Positions 37,804 to 47,185 of a stretch of 64,000 bases of DNA are shown here, one piece after another. Both the position numbers and the translations under genes were made by a program. Origin of the DNA: Candidatus Krumholzibacteriota bacterium (lineage in GTDB: Bacteria > Krumholzibacteriota > Krumholzibacteriia > JAJRXK01); the NCBI GenBank assembly GCA_963764625.1, contig CAVXTH010000009.1, positions 32,001 through 96,000 of the forward strand, in the 5' to 3' direction. The notes under the pieces are model-generated. The model was not told the origin of the DNA, ran no database searches, and saw only the letters and a list, made by a program, of their open reading frames with translations. Numbering within the stretch: position 1 is the first letter of the stretch; each line of letters starts with the position of its first letter.

Positions 37804-39528
37804 CTAGAGACTGTAGTGCAGGATTGCCGCCGGGCTACCCACTGCGAAAACATCACTGCCGGCACTTCCCCATGTGCTGTTGAGATTGTACCGAACGCCG
37901 AAATTCGTCCCGCTCCAAGTGCTCCCGTCGAAGTGAAGGATGATGCCGTTCGAGCCCACCGCAAAGACGTCGTTGGCTGAACTTCCCCATATGCCATGAA
38001 GACCAGTGAATACCCCGCTGCCCATCGGGTTCCACTGATTGCCGTCGTAGCGAAGAATGCTCCCGCTGTCTCCTACCGTAAACGCGTCGGCTTCTGAGGT
38101 TCCCCATACACCTTGGAGATTCCGCGTCGTACCGCTATTCATCGCGGTCCAACTGCTTCCGTCAAAATGCAGAATCGTTCCCTGGTCGCCAACCGCGAAT
38201 ACGTCACTTCCCGAGCTGCCCCACACTCCTCGAAGATCTTCACTCGTACCACTGCTCATCGTGCTCCAGGTATTTCCGTCATAGTGCAGAATGGTGCCGC
38301 TCAGGCCGGTCGTGAACACATCGCTGCCCGAGCTACCCCATAGGCTGAGGAGATCATGTGTCGTTCCGCTGGTCATCGGTTGCCAGGAGCTGCCAACGGC
38401 ACGAATGATCGTGCCCAACCTGCCCACGGCGAAGATATTAGTCGCCGAAGCCCCCCAGATGCCGTAGAGGTCCTGTCCGGTTCCGCTGGTATCTTCGCTC
38501 CAGGCGTTGCCATCGTAGTTCAAGATGACTCCGTTCGTACCCACTGCGAACACGGAGTTCGCTGAACTCCCCCAGACACTGGTGGCGATGAACGATCGCC
38601 CGCTGCTCATGCTCACCCATGTGCTTCCGGCGAAGTGCAGGATCGTATTGGAGACGCCAACCGCAAATACGTCATTGCTGCTGCTTCCCCACACGCCGTT
38701 GAGGCTCTGCGAAGTTCCACTGACCATTGCGTTCCAGGTATTGCCATCGTAGTGCAGAATCGCTCCGTTGAAACCAGCGGCGATCACGTTGGAGCTGCTG
38801 CTCCCCCACACATCGTAGAGACCCGCACTTGTCGAGCTGGTCATGGCGCTCCACGTGGACCCATCGTAGTGCAGAATCGTCCCACCGAAACCCACTGCGA
38901 ATATGTCGTTGGTCGAGTTCCCCCATACATCCCGGAGGGTTTGACTCGTGCCACTGGACATCCCGCTCCAAGTTGACCCGTCGTAGTGCCGAATCGTCCC
39001 ATTGGTGCCCACCGCGAAGATCTCATTTCCCGCACTTCCCCACATGGAGTGGATTTGTTCGGTCGTTCCGCTGGTCATTGCGCTCCAGCCACTTCCGTCA
39101 TAGTGCAGAATGGTACCGCTCGCACCAGCCGCGAAGATATTGCTGTGGGAGTTTCCCCAGATGGCGCCCAAATAATTGCTGGTGCCGCTGGTCATCGCCG
39201 TCCACGCGGTACCATCGTAGTGCACGATCGCGCCAAGACTTCCCACTGCGAAGACGTCACTGCCTGAAATCCCCCATAGATCATAGAGTTGTTTGGTCGT
39301 CCCGCTGGCCATCGTGCTCCAACCACTTCCGTCGTAATGCTGAATCTCACTCGTTTCGTTGACGGCAAACACGTCGCTGCCCGAACTTCCCCACACACTC
39401 TCGATCGCCGTACCGTTTTCTTGAACGCGCCACTGTGCGCTTGTCACCGGAGCAGCCGGATCACTGCTTCCACCGCATCCCACCAGCCCGGTGAACAACA
39501 CTCCCATGATCCATCTATTCCGTCGCAT
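37804..39528 (-). CDS. Lipoprotein of 14 tandem 39-aa beta-propeller repeats (WGSSxxDVFAVG type)
   Basis: Lipobox LVG-C; 14 repeats of SGTxxxLxxVWGSSxxDVFAVGxxGxILHYDGxxWxxM (last one shortened). Confidence 0.88.
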   Translation of the reverse strand: MRRNRWIMGVLFTGLVGCGGSSDPAAPVTSAQWRVQENGTAIESVWGSSGSDVFAVNETSEIQHYDGSGWSTMASGTTKQLYDLWGISGSDVFAVGSLGAIVHYDGTAWTAMTSGTSNYLGAIWGNSHSNIFAAGASGTILHYDGSGWSAMTSGTTEQIHSMWGSAGNEIFAVGTNGTIRHYDGSTWSGMSSGTSQTLRDVWGNSTNDIFAVGFGGTILHYDGSTWSAMTSSTSAGLYDVWGSSSSNVIAAGFNGAILHYDGNTWNAMVSGTSQSLNGVWGSSSNDVFAVGVSNTILHFAGSTWVSMSSGRSFIATSVWGSSANSVFAVGTNGVILNYDGNAWSEDTSGTGQDLYGIWGASATNIFAVGRLGTIIRAVGSSWQPMTSGTTHDLLSLWGSSGSDVFTTGLSGTILHYDGNTWSTMSSGTSEDLRGVWGSSGSDVFAVGDQGTILHFDGSSWTAMNSGTTRNLQGVWGTSEADAFTVGDSGSILRYDGNQWNPMGSGVFTGLHGIWGSSANDVFAVGSNGIILHFDGSTWSGTNFGVRYNLNSTWGSAGSDVFAVGSPAAILHYSL

Positions 39529-39706
39529 GATTCAGCCCTCCGATTCTCCCAGGGACATACGGACATTTACCGCAGTTCATCATCCTTGTCTACGAGGCTT
39601 CGCGGGCCCAAGATAGTCTCCTCGTTGATCTGTAGTACGTTGCAAGTGGTCGAGAGTTAGACGATACTAAGCTCGCGCGACAATACTTCCACCGGAGGCG
39701 GTACCA

Positions 39707-40444
39707 GTGAAGAAGGGCGTGATTTTTGGAACGATGGCGGTGTTGGTCATCGTGATCGTCATCCTTGTGTCCCATCTCTTGTCCAACCTCAATTCCCTGG
39801 TCGCCAAGGCCATCGAGAAACATGGCAGCGAGGTTACCGAGACCACGGTCGGAGTCTCCGGTGTGGACATTTCTCTGCGCGAGGGACGGGGATCGATCGA
39901 AGGGTTGAAAATCGCCAGTCCGGAAGGCTTCAAGGCGAAGCAGGTATTCGAGCTCGGCGACATCACGGTCGATCTGGATCTCGGCAGCGTACGCAAGAAC
40001 CCGGTGGTGCTCGACGAAGTCCGGATTCAAGCGCCAGTGATCAACGTCGAGTTCGACAAGAAGGGGGCCTCGAACATCGACGAGCTGCGCAGACGGGTCC
40101 AGGCGTACACCGGGGAATCGAAGGGAAGCAGCGGGGGCGGCGAAAAGAAGATTCGCATCAAGTCGTTCGTGTTCGAGAAGGGCAGCATCACGGTGGATGC
40201 CGCCGCGCTCGGCATGGAGAAGAAGACCCTCACCTTGCCCGAAATTCACCTCACGGACGTGGGGGGTACGAACGGATCTACCGCCGCGGGAATCACCAAG
40301 GAAGTTCTCTCCACCGTGGCGAAGAACGTCACCTCCGAGCTGGCTCATTCGGAGATCGACCAGCTGATCCAGGACAAATTGGGCAATTCACTGCCGGATA
40401 AGGCAAAAAGCTTGCTAAAGAAACTGGAATCGGACGATAAGTAG
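39707..40444 (+). CDS. AsmA/DUF748-like protein
   Basis: N-terminal TM anchor; AIEKHGSEVT.T.V.V.GV.ISL..G.G.I.GL.I..P.GF; SNIDEL; GGAGG RBS. Confidence 0.72.
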   Translation: MKKGVIFGTMAVLVIVIVILVSHLLSNLNSLVAKAIEKHGSEVTETTVGVSGVDISLREGRGSIEGLKIASPEGFKAKQVFELGDITVDLDLGSVRKNPVVLDEVRIQAPVINVEFDKKGASNIDELRRRVQAYTGESKGSSGGGEKKIRIKSFVFEKGSITVDAAALGMEKKTLTLPEIHLTDVGGTNGSTAAGITKEVLSTVAKNVTSELAHSEIDQLIQDKLGNSLPDKAKSLLKKLESDDK

Positions 40445-40471
40445 TCTATCTTTTTCGGTGGAGGTAAAGCG

Positions 40472-41140
40472 ATGCGTTCCCGCTTGGCGAGAGTTTTCAT
40501 GCTGGTGGCACTGGCAGCGATGCTGTCGGTGGGGTCTCCCTCTTGGGCGCAAGTCCCGGGGACCAAGGTGGAGTTCGGTCTCAAGGTGGGGGCCAACTTC
40601 TCGGACATCAATACCGATCAAATCACTTCTTCGACGCGTTCGGGATTGGTGGGTGGCGTCTATCTCGATCTCGCTACCATCCTTCTGCATTTGCAGACCG
40701 AGGCGCTCATTTCCCAGCACGGTTTCAAGGGCGGAACCCCGCTCAGCAGCTACACGGGCAGCAACGAATTGGAATACCGCGACACGGCTCTACAAATTCC
40801 GGCCCTCGTCGTGCTCGCGTTGCCTACCCCAGTGCTCTCGCCCCGAGCCTACCTGGGTCCAGCCCTCAACATCCCACTCAAGAGCGAAGTGAAACTCGAC
40901 AACGACTGGGTTGACGTCAAAAAAGACATCAAGTCCACGTGGAGCCTGGTGTTCGGGGTTGGGGCGAAGTTCATGCGCGTGGGGGTCGATCTCCGCTACA
41001 GCATTGGTCTGTCTGCTCTCAACGATCGGCCAGTGGGTGACATCCTCAACGATGCGTTCGACGAGATCAACGGAGTCGACAAGTACGACGACATCAAAGA
41101 TCGCACCATCTCGTTCACGGTTTCGTACGCGTTGAACTAG
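40472..41140 (+). CDS. Outer-membrane beta-barrel protein (PorT/OmpA-like family)
   Basis: Signal peptide; FGLKVGANFS, LQIP, YLGP, DLRYSIGL; C-terminal FTVSYALN. Confidence 0.82.
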   Translation: MRSRLARVFMLVALAAMLSVGSPSWAQVPGTKVEFGLKVGANFSDINTDQITSSTRSGLVGGVYLDLATILLHLQTEALISQHGFKGGTPLSSYTGSNELEYRDTALQIPALVVLALPTPVLSPRAYLGPALNIPLKSEVKLDNDWVDVKKDIKSTWSLVFGVGAKFMRVGVDLRYSIGLSALNDRPVGDILNDAFDEINGVDKYDDIKDRTISFTVSYALN

Positions 41141-41150
41141 AGACAAGGGC

Positions 41151-42410
41151 TCAGAAATACCGCGCCAGGCGAATCCAAACGGTTTGTGGCGGAGCCAGGT
41201 ACGCGTCCAGCAGCGCTAACCTGACTCCGCCGTATTCGCTCCCGCGCCCGCCGAGCGGAAGCTGCACTCCCGCGTCGAGATCGAGATCTTGCTGCAGGCT
41301 GTGGTGGAGGTGAAGCAGCAAGTAGATGCTTGCGTCATCGAGATTGACGAGCGCCGCCGGCTCCAGGGTCGTCAACGGTGACCACTCATAGCGCGCGCCG
41401 AGGGCGAGTTCGTGGCGGCCCAGATTGAAGAGTTCGCCACGGTCGAGTCGTCGAAGCAATGCGGGCGAGAGCGTCTCGATCTCTCCATCCAGGGAACGCG
41501 TCCCGAATCCGTTGCGGAAGAACTCGAGGTACGCCTCGAGGTTGCGTCCGCCCAAGATCCAGCTGCGGTCCAGGTTGGCGAGAAAGGAGACGACCACCTC
41601 TCCGTAATCCGGAAAGGTGGAAGTCAAGTCCCAACGCCAGACAGCTCCGGCCACGTTTCCACTCAAACCCAACCCCGTAACGGTGTCCTGGTAGTGACGG
41701 GCCGCGAGAAGCTCCAATTGCGAGGAACCGGCGAAGTGGCGCCACTTGAGAGCGGCGGAACTCTGGGCCAGCGTGAGCGGTTCGTTGCGATCGGCCCGTC
41801 GCGGGACCACGATCGCCTGGAGATCGTCTTCGCCAAGAAAGAGCCACTGCGCACTCGCCATGTCGATTCCCGGTTTGTACTCGGTGTCCAGAGCGTCGGG
41901 GGGAAAGGGGTCGAAGAGATCGAAGACATGAAAGAAAAGACCGCCGCCCCAGCTCAGGGCTTGCCTTCCCACGCGTAGAGCCAGCGCCCCCTTTGTGTAT
42001 CCCAGAGAGATGCGGTCCAGGCGCAAGTAGAGTTGGTGCCTGGGACCATCGCTGAGATTCCAGCTCAGATCGAAGACCTGTCGCGATTCGCTTGCGGCGG
42101 GCAGAAAGAGCTGCAGGGTTCCCGTGCCGGCGGGGTTCGATTCAGCTGATGAAGCCAACAAATTACCGTGCAGATAGTCGAGCTGCGTCTGAACCGTCAG
42201 ATTCCAGGGACCGTGGAGCCAGGCGAAGTTTTCCCGCACATCTAGGCTCTCCAGATCCGGGTGTCGACCAGCCGTAAGCGCTCCGGCATCGTCGGCGTGG
42301 TAGTTCTGCATCAGGCCTTGTACCTTGAGATGACCGCCGACTTTGGCGGCGCCCGCGCTCCGCGGGATGGCCAGCGCGTAGAGCAAGGCAGCGAACCAGA
42401 GGACGCGCAT
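41151..42410 (-). CDS. Putative outer-membrane beta-barrel protein of the ABC/LolA-like operon
   Basis: Signal peptide; LDR, LRVGRQALSWG.G..F...D.F.P, D.EYKPGID; C-terminal aromatic RYF; TAATG overlap with the ATPase gene. Confidence 0.7.
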   Translation of the reverse strand: MRVLWFAALLYALAIPRSAGAAKVGGHLKVQGLMQNYHADDAGALTAGRHPDLESLDVRENFAWLHGPWNLTVQTQLDYLHGNLLASSAESNPAGTGTLQLFLPAASESRQVFDLSWNLSDGPRHQLYLRLDRISLGYTKGALALRVGRQALSWGGGLFFHVFDLFDPFPPDALDTEYKPGIDMASAQWLFLGEDDLQAIVVPRRADRNEPLTLAQSSAALKWRHFAGSSQLELLAARHYQDTVTGLGLSGNVAGAVWRWDLTSTFPDYGEVVVSFLANLDRSWILGGRNLEAYLEFFRNGFGTRSLDGEIETLSPALLRRLDRGELFNLGRHELALGARYEWSPLTTLEPAALVNLDDASIYLLLHLHHSLQQDLDLDAGVQLPLGGRGSEYGGVRLALLDAYLAPPQTVWIRLARYF

Positions 42411-43096
42411 TATTGAACTCTATCCTCCTCGATGTGCCCGTCACGCAAGGTGATCTGTCGAGGGGCCAAGTCGATGACCAGCTGATCGTGAGTGGAGATC
42501 AAGAAGGTAGTTTCGTGCTTGCGATTCAGGATCAACATCAACTCCACCAATTCACGAGAGGTGGTGGAATCGAGATTGGCGGTGGGTTCATCCGCGAGCA
42601 CGATAGCCGGCTGCGAGACGATGGCTCGCGCAACGGCCACTCTCTGCTGCTGGCCGCCGGACAGCTCGGCCGGCCGGCGATTCTCCATTCCGTCCAGGCC
42701 GACTTCCTCGAGAATTTCCCGCGAAAGATCACCCCGCTTCGCGGCGGAGACTCCCTGGAGCTCCATGACGAATTCGATGTTTTCCCGGGCGGACAACACC
42801 GGAATCAAATTGTAGGCCTGGAAGACGAATCCGACGTGCCCCAGCCGGTAATCGGCCAATTCGGCGAAGGAACTCTGGTCGATGCGCCTTCCATCGAGGG
42901 TGACGCTTCCCGCGGACGGACGGTCGAGTCCCCCGATCATGTTCAGGAGGGTCGTCTTTCCCGATCCGCTAGGGCCGGCCAGGGTGACGAACTCTCCGCG
43001 GTTGATCGCGAGGTCCACTTCCCTCAGGGCCCGCACTCCGACATGATCACCCTGATAGGTCTTGGAGACTTTGTCACAAACGACGATTTCATTCAT
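42410..43096 (-). CDS. ABC transporter ATP-binding protein (LolD/MacB-like)
   Basis: Walker A GPSGSGKT, GFVFQ, LSGGQQQRVAVARA, LADEPTANLD, H-loop STHD. Confidence 0.96.
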   Translation of the reverse strand: MNEIVVCDKVSKTYQGDHVGVRALREVDLAINRGEFVTLAGPSGSGKTTLLNMIGGLDRPSAGSVTLDGRRIDQSSFAELADYRLGHVGFVFQAYNLIPVLSARENIEFVMELQGVSAAKRGDLSREILEEVGLDGMENRRPAELSGGQQQRVAVARAIVSQPAIVLADEPTANLDSTTSRELVELMLILNRKHETTFLISTHDQLVIDLAPRQITLRDGHIEEDRVQ

Positions 43097-43105
43097 GTCG
43101 AACTC

Positions 43106-44329
43106 CTATCCCCTCGTGAGCGCTTCGATGGGTACTTTGCGCGCGGCGCGTAGCGCCGGATACACGCTGGCCAAGAACGCCAGGGCGGCGATGAACACGA
43201 CGGCGCTCACGACGTCGCCGAGCTGTAGAGTGGGATGGATCACTCTGCTCATACCCCACATTTCCGCCCCGGCCGCGAGATGCGAGAAATCGATCCCGTC
43301 GTGGAGCAGAGCGAGCGATCCGGCGGCGAGGACTCCACCCAGGGCAATGCCGATGACGAGCAAGAGAGTCGATTCGGCCAAGACCTGCTCCACGATCAAG
43401 CGTGGACGCATCCCCAAGGCCTGAAGCAGTCCAAACTCTCGGGTGCGTTCCGCCACCGCCATGAGCAGGGTATTGATCAATCCGAAGGCCATGGCAACGT
43501 ACATGACGACGTAGAAAATCCAGATCCACGACTTCCCCAGGGCAACCATGGCCTGAGTCATCGGTTCCAGCTCCGTCCATGGCTGGATGTCCAGATCTTG
43601 CGCGCGTGCGCGGGCCCGGGAGAGGAAGTCGTCGAGCCGATTCACGTCTCGCAGTCTCACCGAGACTTCGGAAACGCGATCGGCGAGACCGAGCATCCGC
43701 TGAGCGGTCGTGCGTCCCAAGAAGACGTAAGCCAGCTCCGTGCTGCCGCGGTCGGCCTTGAAGATCCCGACCACACGGAAGCCATGATCGACGACGGCAT
43801 GCTGGGTATCCTGGCTCATGAGCACCACGCGTTTGCCGAGTTCCGTGTCGAGGCGGTCCGCCAGTTTGCGCCCCAACAGGATGCCGTGATCCTCTGGCCC
43901 CTTCAGGGGTTGACCAGAGCTCGGAGCATGGCCGATGAACGACAAATCGTTTTCCCGCGCGGGATCGATGCCGACCATCGTGACGCCCGCGGACTCGCGT
44001 TCGCTCATCACCACCGCCGGACAGCGCACCCGCGCGTCCCACGCCAGCACTTCGGAACTCGTGAGAAGATCATGGAGCGCGCCCTCGGGCGATGGCATCG
44101 ACCGATCGACGGAGGGATCGTCGAGATAACCAGGCGCATGAATTTGCAGGTGACCGGTGAGGGTGTCGATCGCGTTGCGCGTCTCGTCCTCACTCCACCC
44201 GCGGATGAACGCGGCGAAGAAGAGCATCGCCCACAGGCCGAATGCGATCGTCGAGATGAGCACCGCCGTGCGCCGCCGATTCCGCAAGACGTTGCGCCAG
44301 GCCAAGCGAAAGAGGAGAGAGAGGGCCAT
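43106..44329 (-). CDS. ABC transporter permease (LolC/E-FtsX family)
   Basis: LAWRNVLRNRRRT, periplasmic domain, INTLLMAVAERTREFG..ALG, YPA..A.R..PIEAL. Confidence 0.93.
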   Translation of the reverse strand: MALSLLFRLAWRNVLRNRRRTAVLISTIAFGLWAMLFFAAFIRGWSEDETRNAIDTLTGHLQIHAPGYLDDPSVDRSMPSPEGALHDLLTSSEVLAWDARVRCPAVVMSERESAGVTMVGIDPARENDLSFIGHAPSSGQPLKGPEDHGILLGRKLADRLDTELGKRVVLMSQDTQHAVVDHGFRVVGIFKADRGSTELAYVFLGRTTAQRMLGLADRVSEVSVRLRDVNRLDDFLSRARARAQDLDIQPWTELEPMTQAMVALGKSWIWIFYVVMYVAMAFGLINTLLMAVAERTREFGLLQALGMRPRLIVEQVLAESTLLLVIGIALGGVLAAGSLALLHDGIDFSHLAAGAEMWGMSRVIHPTLQLGDVVSAVVFIAALAFLASVYPALRAARKVPIEALTRG

Positions 44330-44333
44330 GGGT

Positions 44334-45569
44334 CTACACCGCCTTCATCGCGTCGACCGGGTGCAAACGTCGGATCCGCAGCAGCGGGAAGAGGGCGGCG
44401 ATCGAGGTAACCACGAGGATCACCAGCGGGCCAATGGTCAACGAGAACAGATTCAGGCGCGGATAGATTCGGGCTGGCAGGTTCCAACGAGTCAGGAGCT
44501 CTTCGCTTCCGGAAAATGCCAGTCCATGGCGACCGACGAAGAGGGTGATTCCGCCTCCGAACGCCAGCCCCACCAGGAGACCGAGCACCAGGAGCATGAC
44601 CGACTCGATCAGAACGATGCGGCCGAGCGTGTTGGGACGGGTTCCCAACGCGAGAAGCACCCCGAACTCGCGCGTGCGTTCCAGGACCGCCATCAGAAAG
44701 GTGTTGAGAATGCTGAAGGTGACTACGAAGACGAGCACCGCGTAGAGAAACCAGCCAATGGCGGCATCGAGAGTGATTCCCTGTTTCAATCCCTCGAGCA
44801 GATTTTCCCAGGGTAGCACGACGAGTCCGGAGTCTTGAGCCAGAGCCGCTCTCACCGCCCGCGTGGTTTTGTCAACTCGATCGAGTCCCGCGGTGCGAAC
44901 CACGATGGCATGTGCACCATCGGGCAGTGAAAACACGTCTTGAAAGGTCTTCAGGGGTATCTCCACCGTAGTCCGGTCGAGATCCGGCTCACCGCTGACG
45001 AAAATCCCGACCACGATCAAAGTGGCCGCGGCCAAGGCGCCTTCGTTTCCCTGTCCCAGCACGGTGAGAGTGTCGCCCAGGGAGACTCCGAGGTTCTTGG
45101 CCAGAGTCTGGCCGAGGATCGCCTCGTCCGCATCGGGCGCAGAGAGGAAGCGGCCCTTTTCGATCGACTTTGGAAGGGAGGATAGACGCGGTTCGCGGTT
45201 GGGCTCAACTCCGACGATGGCCGCGCCGTGGGTGCGGGAGGGACCACCCACTAGGGCGTAGGACTCGCCGCGGGCTGAGACCGCCTCGACTCCCGGTACC
45301 GCGGCAATGCGCTTCTCCAGTGCGGAGGCGCCTTCGATGTAGTTCTCCAGGCGCGGTTTGTCGTGATAGCCGGTTGCCTGAACCTGGAGGTGTCCGCTGA
45401 ACACCCCCACCGCGCTCTCGATCATGGCGCGGTAGCCTCCCTGCTGAAAGGCGACCATGAACACGAGAATCGCGGTGGCGAAAGCGATGGCCGAGAGAGT
45501 GAGGACCGTGCGGCGAGGATTCCGCCACAGGTTACGTCGCGCGAGACGCAGTTCGAGTCCGGCAGCCAT
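44334..45569 (-). CDS. ABC transporter permease (LolC/E-FtsX family)
   Basis: LARRNLWRNPRRT, LNTFLMAVLERTREFG, PVDAM; ATG 45569 overlaps the upstream stop (TGATG). Confidence 0.93.
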   Translation of the reverse strand: MAAGLELRLARRNLWRNPRRTVLTLSAIAFATAILVFMVAFQQGGYRAMIESAVGVFSGHLQVQATGYHDKPRLENYIEGASALEKRIAAVPGVEAVSARGESYALVGGPSRTHGAAIVGVEPNREPRLSSLPKSIEKGRFLSAPDADEAILGQTLAKNLGVSLGDTLTVLGQGNEGALAAATLIVVGIFVSGEPDLDRTTVEIPLKTFQDVFSLPDGAHAIVVRTAGLDRVDKTTRAVRAALAQDSGLVVLPWENLLEGLKQGITLDAAIGWFLYAVLVFVVTFSILNTFLMAVLERTREFGVLLALGTRPNTLGRIVLIESVMLLVLGLLVGLAFGGGITLFVGRHGLAFSGSEELLTRWNLPARIYPRLNLFSLTIGPLVILVVTSIAALFPLLRIRRLHPVDAMKAV

Positions 45570-46351
45570 CAGTGTTGTTCCCATTGACTGCGCGGGTTGC
45601 GTAGGCTCCCCACCGTGAAGAGAGAGGAGGGAAGCTTTTGATCGAACTTCGCGTTCCTGTATTCGAGATCGGTCCAGTAGCCTGGCTTCTCGCTCTTTTC
45701 CATCCGCATCTTGGTGACGTAGACCTCCTTGTCGCCGAGAGGACCGATCTGCGTGGCCGAGAGTTTCTTCACTATCACCAGATCCTGGTCGTAGAAGGTC
45801 TCCTCGAGCAGCAAGTGATCGTCTCTCACACTGATGGATTGCTTGCCCCAAATGACCGGTGCATTGGGATGTGGAATGGCGTCGATGAGATAGACCGTGT
45901 GACCGTCCTGTTGTTTGGTGCCGGCCAGGGTGAGATCGTAGTGCACGAGCAGCGCGTCCGACTTGGCCAGATCGGAATAGGAAAAGTCCGAACCCATCCA
46001 GCTTTGGGCCATCATGCTGTACGGCAGCTTCAAAACCCGGTCGAGCTTGGGGGTGTAGATCCACATCTCATCGCCGAGTTTCAGCGTGGCACTGCCGGAT
46101 TCCTTGGCCGGTTCGGTAAACCGCACCAGGGCGTCCTTCTGACCGCGCGTCCAGCTGGACATGACGGACCGGCGCTCCCAGCTGGGGCGATGCACCGTCA
46201 TGACGATTTCCGTGCGCGAAGTGGTTCCTCGCCAGTAGTCGAAGGCAGCCTTCAGGATCGCGTGAGCGTCGGGGGCCTCCGCCCGCGTTCCCGCTGGAAA
46301 CATGACGAACAGAACGACCACGGTAATTCGTCGGATGGCTCTGAGTTTCAT
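45569..46351 (-). CDS. Outer-membrane lipoprotein-sorting protein (LolA-like)
   Basis: Signal peptide; RF..PA...G.A.L, MWIY.P...RV.K, SWMGSDFSYSDL, F...L....FT...L. Confidence 0.88.
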   Translation of the reverse strand: MKLRAIRRITVVVLFVMFPAGTRAEAPDAHAILKAAFDYWRGTTSRTEIVMTVHRPSWERRSVMSSWTRGQKDALVRFTEPAKESGSATLKLGDEMWIYTPKLDRVLKLPYSMMAQSWMGSDFSYSDLAKSDALLVHYDLTLAGTKQQDGHTVYLIDAIPHPNAPVIWGKQSISVRDDHLLLEETFYDQDLVIVKKLSATQIGPLGDKEVYVTKMRMEKSEKPGYWTDLEYRNAKFDQKLPSSLFTVGSLRNPRSQWEQH

Positions 46352-47019
46352 GGTTGGCCCTCCTTCGCTTCCTGATGAGGCCCTTCCTTGGGCCCGGGCT
46401 TCGGGGCGCGAATCCCCAGCGTCAAGACGTCCAGAAAATGTCCGCCGGCCGCGACCGGATCAAACTCGGGGTCGAACCACGCCTGCAGAAAGATCCCGTC
46501 CAGCGCGCCCACGAGGACCGCCGCGAGCGCTTCGGGTTCGACATGAGAGCCCACCTCACCTTGGGCCATGCCCTCGCGCAGCATGTCCGCGAGAACCCCG
46601 CGGAACATCTCATAGAGCTGGCGAAACTCCCGCGTCAGCTGCTCGCGGAATTCGGACGCGGTGGAGGCCGACCAGAATTCCATGGTCAAGGGATAGAGGT
46701 CCTGCATTTCGCGGCAGCTCGAAAGCAGGGAATCACAGGAACGACGCAGCGAGGAAAGAGGGGAGAGTCCGGGATCCTCGGCCGTGTCGACCATGGAGCG
46801 GAAGGCCTGCTCGGTGTACCAGTGGAAGAGGCGCAGGAAGAGCTCCTCCTTGCTGCGGAAGTATTCGTACACCGTTCCCTTGCCGATGCCGGCCTGCCGC
46901 GCGATGTCCACGACCCGGGTGCCGCGGAAGCCGCGTTCGGCGAAAACGCGCGCCGCGGCCTCCAGGATTTCGCGCTCCCTCGATTCTTTCAGATCCGGTC
47001 TTGCCTTGCGCGGAGCCAT
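46348..47019 (-). CDS. TetR/AcrR family transcriptional regulator
   Basis: ILEAAARVFAERGF..T...DIA..AGIGKGTVYEYFRSKEELF; 4-bp overlap with the next gene. Confidence 0.95.
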   Translation of the reverse strand: MAPRKARPDLKESREREILEAAARVFAERGFRGTRVVDIARQAGIGKGTVYEYFRSKEELFLRLFHWYTEQAFRSMVDTAEDPGLSPLSSLRRSCDSLLSSCREMQDLYPLTMEFWSASTASEFREQLTREFRQLYEMFRGVLADMLREGMAQGEVGSHVEPEALAAVLVGALDGIFLQAWFDPEFDPVAAGGHFLDVLTLGIRAPKPGPKEGPHQEAKEGQP

Positions 47020-47064
47020 GGAAGCGGCCTCTCTGGGGGTTGATGAACCTCCCTACTACGATTA

Positions 47065-47113
47065 TTGACCGACCAGTCGGTCAAATTATAATCTCCCGAA
47101 CCGGGTCCCGCAA
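47065..47113. promoter_or_regulatory. TetR-type operator palindrome and overlapping divergent sigma70-like promoters
   Basis: TTGACCGAC-CA-GTCGGTCAA (47065-47084); minus strand TTGCGG(47113-47108)-17-TATAAT(47090-47085); plus strand TTGACC(47065-47070)-16-TATAAT(47087-47092). Confidence 0.78.
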
Positions 47114-47185
47114 CCTGCTCCAACGGGATTTCGTAGGGTGCTTCGAATCCACTTGCCTCCGATTCCCCGCGAAACGAGATCTCAC

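Noticed and set aside
37804-39528. 117-bp periodicity as a CRISPR array or DGR target
   Set aside because: Repeats are in-frame, degenerate at synonymous positions and have no unique spacers; no cas or reverse transcriptase gene in the window
45570-46064. N-terminal extension of permease ORF 44334..46064
   Set aside because: It overlaps the LolA-like gene in another frame; family homology starts at ATG 45569 with TGATG coupling
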